From Leptolyngbyaceae cyanobacterium (GTDB taxonomy: Bacteria; Cyanobacteriota; Cyanobacteriia; Phormidesmidales; Phormidesmidaceae), in the NCBI GenBank assembly GCA_050331235.1, contig JBHJHA010000006.1, forward strand, positions 1 to 53,878: DNA of 53,878 bases, read 5' to 3'. Positions 20,197 through 30,300 of the stretch are shown one piece after another. Position 1 is the first letter of the stretch. The number at the start of each line of letters is the position of its first letter. Both the position numbers and the translations under genes were made by a program. Below the pieces are notes generated by a model. The model ran no database searches. It worked only from the letters and a program-made list of their open reading frames with translations, and was not told the DNA's origin.

Positions 20197-23025
20197 CTAA
20201 GCACTCACGAGCAGCGCGGTCGGAAACTCCGACAGCAGACGCCCTACGGATAGCGAGGAGCCACCCGAGTGGGATTGCCCGCTGAGGCTATCAATCCATT
20301 TCAACGGCTCAAGGCTCGTGAGGTCAAGGGCGGTATCTTGCCAAACGGCCTCACCCAGGGGAAAGCGACCCGGTTCACAGAGGGAGACGGGAAACCGGGG
20401 CACCACAGTAAGCGCATACTGGCTGCCGGCGCGCCGCAAAAAGGCAATGACATGGTTATCATACTGGCCGGTAACCCGCACAGGAATATAGTCACCACTC
20501 TGAAAAATGTCACGATGGGCAACGCGGGTAGCCAACGCCTCTGCCGTCAAAAATAGCTTGATACGGCCATCTTCTGGATAGTTGGTGAGATTTTTGAGCA
20601 AGCCTGGACGATCGCTCGCCGCCCATTTGCGTAATTCCTGAAGTTCATGAAACCGATGCTCATAATCAACCGAGCGGCGATTGTCCGGGTCAACGAGGCT
20701 GAGATCCCACATCTCTGTGCCCTGATAAATGTCAGGCACGCCGGGGGCGGTCATTTTGAGTAATTGCTGCGATAGGGAGTTGATCATGCCATAGGCCGCA
20801 ACTTGCTTTTGAAAGGTTCTCAATCGCACTAAAAAAGCGTTTTCATCGTCGGGGGCCAAGAGGGCATCGATAAACTTAAGGTAGCCTGCCTCATATTCCG
20901 TATCGGGTCGCAACCAGGCTGTATGCACTTTAGCCTCCCGCACAGCCTTGATCGCAAAGTCTTTAATCCGCTGCACAAACTCATCATGATCAAAGGGCTC
21001 AAAGGGAAAGGCTCCGACGAGGGTTTGGTAGAGGGCATATTCATCATTGGCGTCGGGGCAGGCGCGATCGCCCGACACAGTCTTGTACTGCTGATTAAGC
21101 GGCTTCCAGGCGTTAACCTCCATCGCCCACTCATCGGGCATTTCTGACAGCACATTTAGCCGGGCCCGCACATCTTCGCTGCGCTTGGTGTCATGACTCG
21201 AGGACGTATTCATCGAGTGGGGCCAGTAGGTCACCTGCTGCTGATTGAACGCATGGAACTCAGGCAGCGTCACGCCAAACCGATTGGGTGAGCCCCCCAC
21301 TTCATTGAGCGAGAGCAGTCGATGATACACATACAGCAGCGTGTCTTCCACGCCCTTAGCCATGAGCGGTCCCGAAAACTGCTGCATCCGCATGACAAAT
21401 TGCGTCCGTTGGGCTCGGTCTTCTTCCGTGAGCCAGTCTTCATGATTTTGGAGAAACAAGTCGCCAATAAAGTCCAGCTCATTTACATACTCAGGCACAT
21501 GGCGTTTAGCCGCCTGAATGACACGTTGAATGTAGGTGCGATTGCGTTCGTTGAGGCGATCGCCCGTAATGTAAGTTCGATAAACTGGGAACACCACCAG
21601 CACCGCAATGATCGATCGCCGCAGCCCGATTAGAGTAAAGTCGCTGGCATACCGATAGTGACTGGCAATCTGCTTCAGCATGTTGGCGAGATTTTCAACA
21701 TCCCCAGCCAAATTTTTATCCACAATGAGTTGCTTGCAGCGCAACTCTTGCTCTTCATAGGCTTCAAACTGACGGGTAAACTCCTCATAAAGGCGGGAAA
21801 AGGCAGCTTCGTGGTCAACCTGACAAAACAACCCATTGGCATGGTTGAGAAACTCATAGCCCGTGGTGCCCTGCACAGGCCAATCTTCCGGTAAAGTTTC
21901 GCCCGGCTCCAGGATTTTCTCAACGATGATGTAATGGTCACCCAGATGTTGGCGCAGCCGCTCTAGATATTGCTGCGGGTTATAAAGGCCGTCAATGTGG
22001 TCAATTCGCACCCCGTCGATCCAGCCAGCATCCATGAGTTCTTTGGTGAACTGGTGAGTAATCTCAAACACTTCTGGATCGTCGATGCTGAGGCAAATCA
22101 GCTCATTCACCGTAAAAAAGCGGCGGTAGTTGAGTTCCTCGGCCCCGACCTTCCAAAACGACAGGCGAAAGAATTGCTCCGACAAGAGGGCATCTAATAG
22201 ACCAAAATCTCGGGTTGCGGAGGCGGCATCCTGAGCCTCTGCCTCAGTTGCAGGCGATCGCGTGCCATTGAAAATGGCCAGATTGTCTTCGATAAAGGCC
22301 TGAACCTCAGGATTGGACTGATAGAGCTCCCATAGCAGCCCTTTCACAAAGGCGACTTGGTCGCGATACTGCTGACCGGTGCTGTCCGTAGTCGTGCTCT
22401 TGACTAGATAAAGAATTCCCAGCAGCTTAATGAAATCAGGATGCTCTCGACCGAGGGCAGTTTCTAACCGATCAATCTGGTAAGTGACGAGCTGAGTATA
22501 AGACTCGATACGGAGCGGAAACCGAAGAGCGTAGTAGTTGATAGTCAGTTCCGAACTATCGTAGTCGAGGGTGAGTTGGCCATTTTCTAAGCAGCGACCG
22601 TAAAAGTCACCCAGCATCGGAGCCAGGACTTTGCCCATAATGTCTTTATAGGGGTGCTCCCACTGAATATCAAAGAAGTTGAAATAGTCAGAATTGGGGC
22701 CATATTCCATCACATCCATGAGGAAGGGATTGCTACTGTCATAGGCCATGTGGTTGGGCACGATGTCTTGCAGCCAGCCCATGTCGGCTGCGTGGAGAGT
22801 TTTGACCAATGCCTCAAAGGCGGGGCGATCGCCCAACTCAGGGTTGATCACGCGGGGATCGACCACGTCATAGCCGTGGGTACTACCTTCACGAGATTTA
22901 AAGATGGGGGAGGCGTAGAGATCAGATATGCCCAGCGCCTTGAGATAAGGCACCACTGCTTGAGCTGATGTAAAAGAAAAATCAGGGTTGAACTGAAATC
23001 GATAGGTGGCAACAGGAATTCTCAT
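20197..23025 (-). CDS. treY: Malto-oligosyltrehalose synthase
   Basis: PVATYRFQF, GSTHGYDV, DIVPNHM, RIDHIDGL, HDTKRSED, SLVDPDNRR. Confidence 0.96.
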   Translation of the reverse strand: MRIPVATYRFQFNPDFSFTSAQAVVPYLKALGISDLYASPIFKSREGSTHGYDVVDPRVINPELGDRPAFEALVKTLHAADMGWLQDIVPNHMAYDSSNPFLMDVMEYGPNSDYFNFFDIQWEHPYKDIMGKVLAPMLGDFYGRCLENGQLTLDYDSSELTINYYALRFPLRIESYTQLVTYQIDRLETALGREHPDFIKLLGILYLVKSTTTDSTGQQYRDQVAFVKGLLWELYQSNPEVQAFIEDNLAIFNGTRSPATEAEAQDAASATRDFGLLDALLSEQFFRLSFWKVGAEELNYRRFFTVNELICLSIDDPEVFEITHQFTKELMDAGWIDGVRIDHIDGLYNPQQYLERLRQHLGDHYIIVEKILEPGETLPEDWPVQGTTGYEFLNHANGLFCQVDHEAAFSRLYEEFTRQFEAYEEQELRCKQLIVDKNLAGDVENLANMLKQIASHYRYASDFTLIGLRRSIIAVLVVFPVYRTYITGDRLNERNRTYIQRVIQAAKRHVPEYVNELDFIGDLFLQNHEDWLTEEDRAQRTQFVMRMQQFSGPLMAKGVEDTLLYVYHRLLSLNEVGGSPNRFGVTLPEFHAFNQQQVTYWPHSMNTSSSHDTKRSEDVRARLNVLSEMPDEWAMEVNAWKPLNQQYKTVSGDRACPDANDEYALYQTLVGAFPFEPFDHDEFVQRIKDFAIKAVREAKVHTAWLRPDTEYEAGYLKFIDALLAPDDENAFLVRLRTFQKQVAAYGMINSLSQQLLKMTAPGVPDIYQGTEMWDLSLVDPDNRRSVDYEHRFHELQELRKWAASDRPGLLKNLTNYPEDGRIKLFLTAEALATRVAHRDIFQSGDYIPVRVTGQYDNHVIAFLRRAGSQYALTVVPRFPVSLCEPGRFPLGEAVWQDTALDLTSLEPLKWIDSLSGQSHSGGSSLSVGRLLSEFPTALLVSA

Positions 23026-23037
23026 GGGACCTTTCCA

Positions 23038-24909
23038 CTAATGGTTGGCACGATGAAAGACAGCCACGCTCAGTGGCGGCATCTTAACACTGATGGCTTC
23101 GGAAAACTGTTCAGGTAACAGGCAGCCAGGCCCCCGCCAGCGTTGATCGGCGGAGTCCAACTGCTTTTGCCAATCGGTACTCATTTCACAGGGCGGATGG
23201 ATGGAAGCGGAGTTGAAATTCATCCAGATCAGCACTTCGTCTGGCCCGTGCCAACGCCGCACCCCCAACCAGCGCAGGGCCTCATCAAATTCGACATTGA
23301 TCGCAGCGCGGTCAAAGTTCAGCAGCGGTGGCAGAGAACGGCGCAGGGCCAGCAGCGTTTGATAAAACTCCAGCAAAATGCCGTGTTCGCCCTGTTGGCG
23401 CTGCTCCCAATTGAGGGTGCTTTGCACAAAGGTTTCTAGACTCGCTGCGTCGGGAGGATCTTGGTCTTGGTGGAAAGCGGCGAACTCGCGCTTGCGCCCC
23501 GCCCGGACCGCTTCCCGCAAATCCGCATCAGTATGGTCGATGAAGTACAAAAAGGGAGCGGTTTCACCATACTCTTCACCCATAAACAACATGGGGATCG
23601 CCGGAGCCAGCAGCAAATTGGCCGCGGCCAGTTTGAGTCCGGCAAACGTGGTTAGCTGTGATAATCGCTCTCCCAACATGCGGTTGCCAACTTGGTCGTG
23701 GTTTTGGACACAAACGACAAATTGTGAACCGGGGCGATCGCTGACATCGTTCCCGTGAAAGCGTTTACGAAAAGGTGAGTAGCGCCAATTGTAAACAAAA
23801 CTCCGACGCCAAGCCGCGGCCAGATGCTCTAGTTGGCCAAAATCGGCGTAGTAGCCGGTGGTTTCTGCGGTGAGTAAGGCATGTACTGAATGATGAAAAT
23901 CATCACTCCACTGGGCGTCGATGTCGTAGCCGCCCTGGGAGGACTCACGAATGATACGGCCATCGTTGAGATCGCTCTCAGCGATCAAGTAGTAGGGGCG
24001 CTGTTGCACTTCGGCTAGCCGGTCGACGGCCGTCGCCATATCCGCCAAAATATGCTTCGCGCCATAGTCATAGATGGCGTGGATGGCATCGAGACGCAGG
24101 GCATCGATGTGAAACTCCCGCAGCCAGTACAAAACATTTTCGATGCAAAAGTCACGCACACCAGTGCTGTAGGCATCGTCAAAATTGATCGCGGCTCCCC
24201 AGGGAGTGTTGTAGCGCTCAGTAAAGTAGGGACCAAAGTCGCGGGTATAGTTGCCCTCGGGGCCAAAGTGGTTGTACACCACGTCGAGAATGACGGCCAT
24301 GTTGAGCTGGTGGCAGGCGTCGACCAAGCGCTTGAGACCAGCCACCCCGCCATAGGAGGTTTGCACAGCATAGGGGTAAACACCATCATAGCCCCAGTTG
24401 CGATCACCAGGAAACTGTGCCACCGGCATTAACTCGACAGCGTTGACACCCAAGGTTTTGAGAGCATCCAGGCGGGGAATGATGGCCTCAAAGGTCCCTA
24501 GGGGGGTGAAGGTGCCAACATGGAGCTCGTAGCAGATATATTGCGCTAGCGGTAAATTTTGCCACTCGCTGTCGGCCCAGGTATATGCGTCGTGAGCCAT
24601 GACCTGCGAGCGGCCATGGACCCCCTCGGGCTGGTAGCGGGAAGCCGGATCGGGGCGCTCAACCTCACCATCAGCGGATGCCAGGACAACCTTGTACAGC
24701 GTGCCCGGAGGCACATCATCCACCGTGTTTTGCCAATAGCCGCGATCGCCCTTGGCCAACGGCACTAAACGGGGGGTAGAGGTCTCGGGGGAATCCCAAA
24801 TTTTGACCGCCACCCCCTGCAGGAGCGGCGCCCAGACGGTAAACTCACAGCGATTATTCGTCAGGGCGATCGCCCCTATCTGCCTGCCCATACTGCCCGT
24901 CCTTACCAT
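23038..24909 (-). CDS. treZ: Malto-oligosyltrehalose trehalohydrolase
   Basis: YELHVGTFT, RNWGYDGV, DVVYNHFGPEGNY, RLDAIHAI, QNHDQVGNR. Start uncertain (24909 or 24891). Confidence 0.95.
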   Translation of the reverse strand: MVRTGSMGRQIGAIALTNNRCEFTVWAPLLQGVAVKIWDSPETSTPRLVPLAKGDRGYWQNTVDDVPPGTLYKVVLASADGEVERPDPASRYQPEGVHGRSQVMAHDAYTWADSEWQNLPLAQYICYELHVGTFTPLGTFEAIIPRLDALKTLGVNAVELMPVAQFPGDRNWGYDGVYPYAVQTSYGGVAGLKRLVDACHQLNMAVILDVVYNHFGPEGNYTRDFGPYFTERYNTPWGAAINFDDAYSTGVRDFCIENVLYWLREFHIDALRLDAIHAIYDYGAKHILADMATAVDRLAEVQQRPYYLIAESDLNDGRIIRESSQGGYDIDAQWSDDFHHSVHALLTAETTGYYADFGQLEHLAAAWRRSFVYNWRYSPFRKRFHGNDVSDRPGSQFVVCVQNHDQVGNRMLGERLSQLTTFAGLKLAAANLLLAPAIPMLFMGEEYGETAPFLYFIDHTDADLREAVRAGRKREFAAFHQDQDPPDAASLETFVQSTLNWEQRQQGEHGILLEFYQTLLALRRSLPPLLNFDRAAINVEFDEALRWLGVRRWHGPDEVLIWMNFNSASIHPPCEMSTDWQKQLDSADQRWRGPGCLLPEQFSEAISVKMPPLSVAVFHRANH

Positions 24910-25080
24910 AGCGACCCAATGAATTGCCGCCAACGGTGGGCGGCAATCAGAAATCCCTTCAAATTTAGGGTGTTCTTGAGAAATGTTGAATCGCTCGCAA
25001 GGTAGAGTCCTCGATGTGACCGCACGGCCTAGGCACGGTGACTGAAGCCATCGTGGAAACAGGGACCGGACGCCGGAACG

Positions 25081-25782
25081 CTACGGGGAGGCGGCTAAAG
25101 CGTGGGTGACGGCCGCCTCAGCGTGGATTTGGGTAGTGGGAAACAGCGGCACAGTGGCGTCGTCAGACCGCACCAACAGCTCCAACTCGGTGCAACCTAA
25201 AATGATGCCCTCGGCCCCCTGGGCAATCAGTCGCATAATGACCTCAGTCAGGCGCTGTCTGGAGTCCGGGTTGACGATGCCAAGGCAGAGCTCTTGGTAA
25301 ATGATGTCGTGCACCAGGGTGCGATCGCCCGCCTCAGGAATCACCACTGACAAGCCGTGATTTTGCGTCAAACGTCCGCGATAAAAGTCTTGCTCCATGG
25401 TGAAACGAGTGCCTAGCAAGCCCACCGTTTGCAGCTTGCCAGCCTGAACTCGGGCCGCTGTGGCGTCGACAATATGCAAGAACGGGATATTGATATTCGC
25501 TGCAATGTCGGGGGCGAGCTTGTGCATCGTATTGGTGCAGAGCAACACACAGTCAGCGCCAGCCCGTTCGAGACTTTGGGCCGCTGTCACCATCACCTGG
25601 GCCGCTGCGGACCACTGGTGTTGATGCTGGAGCGCTTCGATTTCGGCAAAATCCACAGAGTACAAAATGCTCTTGGCGGAATGCCAGCCTCCAAGCCGCT
25701 GTTTCGTCGTTTCGTTGATGATGCGGTAGTAAGCCAGGGACGACTCCCAACTCATACCGCCAATCAGCCCAATGGTTTTCAT
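25081..25782 (-). CDS. Aspartate/glutamate racemase family protein (RacX/YgeA-like)
   Basis: MKTIGLIGGMSWESS; catalytic-site motifs CTNTMH and LGCTE. Confidence 0.92.
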   Translation of the reverse strand: MKTIGLIGGMSWESSLAYYRIINETTKQRLGGWHSAKSILYSVDFAEIEALQHQHQWSAAAQVMVTAAQSLERAGADCVLLCTNTMHKLAPDIAANINIPFLHIVDATAARVQAGKLQTVGLLGTRFTMEQDFYRGRLTQNHGLSVVIPEAGDRTLVHDIIYQELCLGIVNPDSRQRLTEVIMRLIAQGAEGIILGCTELELLVRSDDATVPLFPTTQIHAEAAVTHALAASP

Positions 25783-25786
25783 AGTG

Positions 25787-27073
25787 TTAGCTGATGTAAT
25801 AGTCGCGGGTGCCACGGGCGCTGTGGGCCGCTTCCAAGCGCTCTAGGGCATGGACATACGCCGCCGTTCTTAAGGGAATAGCGAGAGATTGCGCCCGTCG
25901 CCAGATTTGCTCGCCTTCTTCTACAATGCGCGACTCTAGTCGCTGATTGACCTCTGCTTCGGTCCAATACAGGCCGCTGCGATTTTGCACCCATTCAAAG
26001 TAGCTGACGGTGACCCCGCCCGCGTTGACTAGGATATCGGGAAATACATGGATACCGTTGTCTTCCAAAATGCGATCGCCCTCGGAGCTAATTGGCCCAT
26101 TGGCGACTTCAAAAATATAGCGAGCCTGGACCCGGGCGGCATTCTCCGCCGTAATCTGATTTTCCAGCGCCGCGGGAATCAAAATATCCACATCTAGCGT
26201 CAGCAATTCCGCATTGGTGAGGGTGTCGTGATCGTTCACCAGGGTACAAACAGAGCCTTCACAGAAAACAGCTTGCAGGCTGCGGGTAGAAGCTTTGTGC
26301 TGCTGCAAACTGGGAATGTCGAGGCCGCGATCGCAATACACGCCCCCCTGGGAGTCGCTGACGGCCACCACTGTGTATCCAGCTTCGAATAGCAAGCGCG
26401 CCATCACGCTGCCGGCATTACCAAATCCTTGTACGGCAACGGTCGTATCGGCAGGGGGCTGATCAAATTTGCGCATCATCGCCTGCAACACATAAAACGC
26501 CCCGGTCCCCGTAGCGCGATTGCGCCCCTGACTGCCCCCCATGCCCAAGGGCTTGCCCGTGATGACAGCTGGAGCGAGTTGACGGCGGATAATGCTGTAT
26601 TGATCCATCATCCACCCCATAATCATGGGGTTGGTGTAAATATCGGGGGCGGGAATGTCAATGTCCGGGCCGATAAAATCGGCGATCGCATCGATATAAC
26701 CGCGACTCAACCGCTCTAGCTCAAACTTGGAGAGCGCTTTAGGATTCAGGGTAATCCCCCCCTTAGCACCGCCAAACGGCAGGTTCACAGCGGCACACTT
26801 AAAGGTCATCCAAAACGCGAGGGACTGGACCTCGTCAATCGTCACATGGGGATGAAACCGAATCCCTCCCTTGGTAGGACCGCGGGTGTCGTCATAGCGC
26901 ACACGGTAGCCCTCAAAAACCCGCAGCGACCCATCATCCATGCGGACAGGAATAGAGACCTTAAGGCTCGCTTTTGGGAACTTTAACCGCTCGCTGGCAT
27001 CTGCGGAAATGCGGGTATGTTTCAGCGCCCGCTCGAGCCGCTGGCTCGCGTCAGCCAGCAGTGCAGCCGTCAT
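25787..27073 (-). CDS. gdhA: Glutamate dehydrogenase (Glu/Leu/Phe/Val dehydrogenase family)
   Basis: GPTKGGIRF, MTFKCA, GGAKGG, PAPD, VQGFGNAG, NAGGVTVSYFEW; GGAGG SD. Confidence 0.92.
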   Translation of the reverse strand: MTAALLADASQRLERALKHTRISADASERLKFPKASLKVSIPVRMDDGSLRVFEGYRVRYDDTRGPTKGGIRFHPHVTIDEVQSLAFWMTFKCAAVNLPFGGAKGGITLNPKALSKFELERLSRGYIDAIADFIGPDIDIPAPDIYTNPMIMGWMMDQYSIIRRQLAPAVITGKPLGMGGSQGRNRATGTGAFYVLQAMMRKFDQPPADTTVAVQGFGNAGSVMARLLFEAGYTVVAVSDSQGGVYCDRGLDIPSLQQHKASTRSLQAVFCEGSVCTLVNDHDTLTNAELLTLDVDILIPAALENQITAENAARVQARYIFEVANGPISSEGDRILEDNGIHVFPDILVNAGGVTVSYFEWVQNRSGLYWTEAEVNQRLESRIVEEGEQIWRRAQSLAIPLRTAAYVHALERLEAAHSARGTRDYYIS

Positions 27074-27394
27074 AGCACCTCCAAAAAGATAGGAGTCAAC
27101 CGCTCAATCTAGCCGTTAAGACTTGCCAAAATTGATGATGACCCAGACCCGTTGATCATCATACGGGTCTTTGACTGTCCTAATTCTCAATAGCCGGGGC
27201 AGTGTGTTGTCAGCCACCAAAATAAATTGTCATTACATGCTAAGAAACTTAAAAAACTCTGACTGGAAAATTTCTTGGTGGTTAGCGTGAGGGAATAATG
27301 CTTACCAAATTGTCAGGCAAGAAACTGCGATTCAGATTATTAGGTTATCTCACTCCAGCTGTTACTCAGCTCTAGGGTGTATCTACAGGCTTCC

Positions 27395-30300
27395 ATGTCT
27401 AACTTTAAGCGCGAGTCAATTTCGTCTGTCCAGGTTCAGCATTACTATCATCACCTTTCTCCCCAAACTGCTGCCCCCGATTTAAATGCTCAAATCTGGT
27501 TTGCTGGTTTGCCGGCGGCGGCCCTGTTGATTGCCCCACAGGGAACGATTATTGCCGCCAATGCGTTGGCTGCGCAGCTGTTGGCTCAGTCTCAATCGGA
27601 GCTGATCCATCAGAGTCTGGCGAGTCTTTTTCCCGCGGTGGCAGGCGACCAAAGCTCTCCTGTGAGTCGGCTTGAATGTCGTAGTCCGGGGCAAGTCACC
27701 GGGTTGAAGGGAACAGGGGAAGTCGTCAAGCTCCAGTTTCGCGTAATTACCGACCGCGACGATCAGGCGCATTTGCTGCTTTTGTCTGAAGCGGATACAA
27801 CCCATTTTGCCCGTGTCTCAGCACTGATTGACGCTTATCTCAAGGCCTTGCAGGGAGACACGGAGGCGGTACGACCAATCAATGGGGCGTCCGCTGCGCT
27901 GGAAACAGAGTCAACCGACCGCGATCGCCAGAGCCATGCCGTGGGGGCAAACCGATTTATCCTGGCTCCATTACCGGGGCATGCAGAGCCATGCCTGCTG
28001 CGATTGACCCCCGAGGGGCAGCTAACCGACGTCAATGACGCCTGTTGTCACCTCTGGGGACAGCCCGCCTCAGCGCTGGTGGGTCGCCACGTGAGCGAGT
28101 TGTGGCCGGAGCAACAGGAGCTGATCAGCCGACAGTGGGCGCAGATCAACCAGTGTACGCCTCGCGATCCGGTGCTTGTGCAAGCACACCCGACCGTGAC
28201 CGCGACTGGTCAGACCATCCAGCATCAGTGGATTTATCAAGCCCTATTTGACGACCGCAACCAGCTCCAAGCCGTGCAAGCCGTAGGGATAGAGTTGGGC
28301 GGACACCCCAGGGACACCCCCCTCATCGCTGATTACGATCAGCAACTGGCCCTATTTTTCGCCCAGGCGATCGAAGGGTGCTTTTTCATGATGCTGGATG
28401 AGCCGGTGCGGTGGGACGACTCCGTAGATAAGGAGGCGGTTTTAGACTACGCGTTTGCTCACCAGCGGATCACTCGGGTCAATCAAGCCCTCCTGCAGCA
28501 GTATGGCTGTACCGAGTCGGAAGCGATTGGACAGACACCCAATGACTTTTTTGCCCACGATTTGGCGACGTGTCGATTGGTATTGAGACAGCTCTTTGAT
28601 GAGGGGCATTTGCATATCAATACCCATGAGCGCAAGGCCGACGGCACCCCCATGTGGATCGAAGGGGACTATATCTGTCTCTATGATGCGCAGGGGCGGA
28701 TTACGGGCAACTTTGGAGTGCAGCGGGATGTCACGCATATCCGAGAGGCGATCGCGGCGGTCGCCCAGAGTGAGCAGCAATATCGGCTCTTGGTCGAAAA
28801 TCAAACGGACTTTATTGTCAAAACTGATGTCGATGGCAACTTTTTGTTTGTCAGCCCCTCCTATTGTCATCTCTGTGGTTTACCCACAGAGGAGCTACTC
28901 ACTCAAACCCTTTTACACGGGCGGCACCCAGAGGATCAGGCCGCCACGCAGTGGGCCTTGGCGGCGCTGCACTTTCCGCCCCACACGTGCAAGCTCGAGC
29001 AGCGGCTTCAAACGCCACGGGGCTGGCGATGGTTGGCCTGGACTTATACGGCAGTGTTAGACGAAGCGGAAAACATTATCGCCGTGGTCGGAGCGGGGCG
29101 GGATGTCACTGAGCGCAAAGCGATGGAGTCGCAGCTGCAGCAGTCAGAGCGACAGTTTCGCAATGTGTTGGAAACGCTGACCCTAGTGGCCATTATGCTC
29201 GATCGCCAGGGCAAGATTTTGTTTTGTAATGACTACCTACTGTCGCTCACGGGCTGGAACTGCGATGAGGTACTGGGGCAAAGCTGGGCCGAGCAATTTT
29301 TGCCCGCTGACATTCGTCCAGTGCTACAGCAGTGGCTCCAGCAAACCTTTGAGCAGCAGATCTTTCCTAGCTATTACGAAAATGAAATTGTGACCCGCGA
29401 GGGCGATCGCCGGCTCATCGCATGGAACAACACGGTGCAGCGCGATTCTGCCGGTCAGGTCCTCAGTTTGACCAGCATTGGCGAAGACATTACTGAGCGC
29501 AAACGCACCCAAGATCAAATCTATGAGCTGTCCCAGCGGCTATCCTTAGCGACTCAGTCGTCCCAGAGCGGGGTCTGGGATCTGGATATCGCCACCAATC
29601 AAGTGGTGTGGGATGAGCGGATGTATGGGATCTATGGCTTGTCTCCCGCCAAGCCCAAGATGACCTACAGACGCTGGCAAGCGCGGGTGCATCCCGATGA
29701 CATCGCTGTGGTGCGGCGATCGGAGCACCAAATTGAGCAGGGCTCTAACAACCTCTATTGTGAGTTCCGCATTGTTTGTCCCAACGGGAATATTCGCCAT
29801 ATCGAAGCTCACACCTGTGTGTTACGTGACAAGCAGGGCAACCCTCGCCGGTTGATTGGCATGAACCGGGATATCAGCGATCGCAAAGCAGCCGAATCGG
29901 CCCTAGCGATGGCCCATCAGCAATTGCAGGCGCTGATGCAAAACTCGCCAGCGATCGTTGCCCTCTTTGACGAAAATGGCTCCTACCAGCGGGTCAACAC
30001 CATCACCAGTCAACTTTTCAATCAACCAGCGGCGGCGATCGCCGGCCGGACCTTTAGCGAGATTCACCCGCCAGAGATGAGTGCCTTACTGACCGCTCGC
30101 CTCCAACAGCTAACCACTACTCAGCAACCCCTCGTCGTAGAAGATCGATTGACCACCAGGGATGGCGATCGCTTCCTTCAGTCCGTTTTGTTTCCGGTTA
30201 TGAGTCGCCCTGACCAGCCCGACCTCTTTGGATGGATCGCGACAGACATCACTGAACTCGTGCAGGCCAAAGAACACCTTCAACGGCAGGCCGAACGTGA

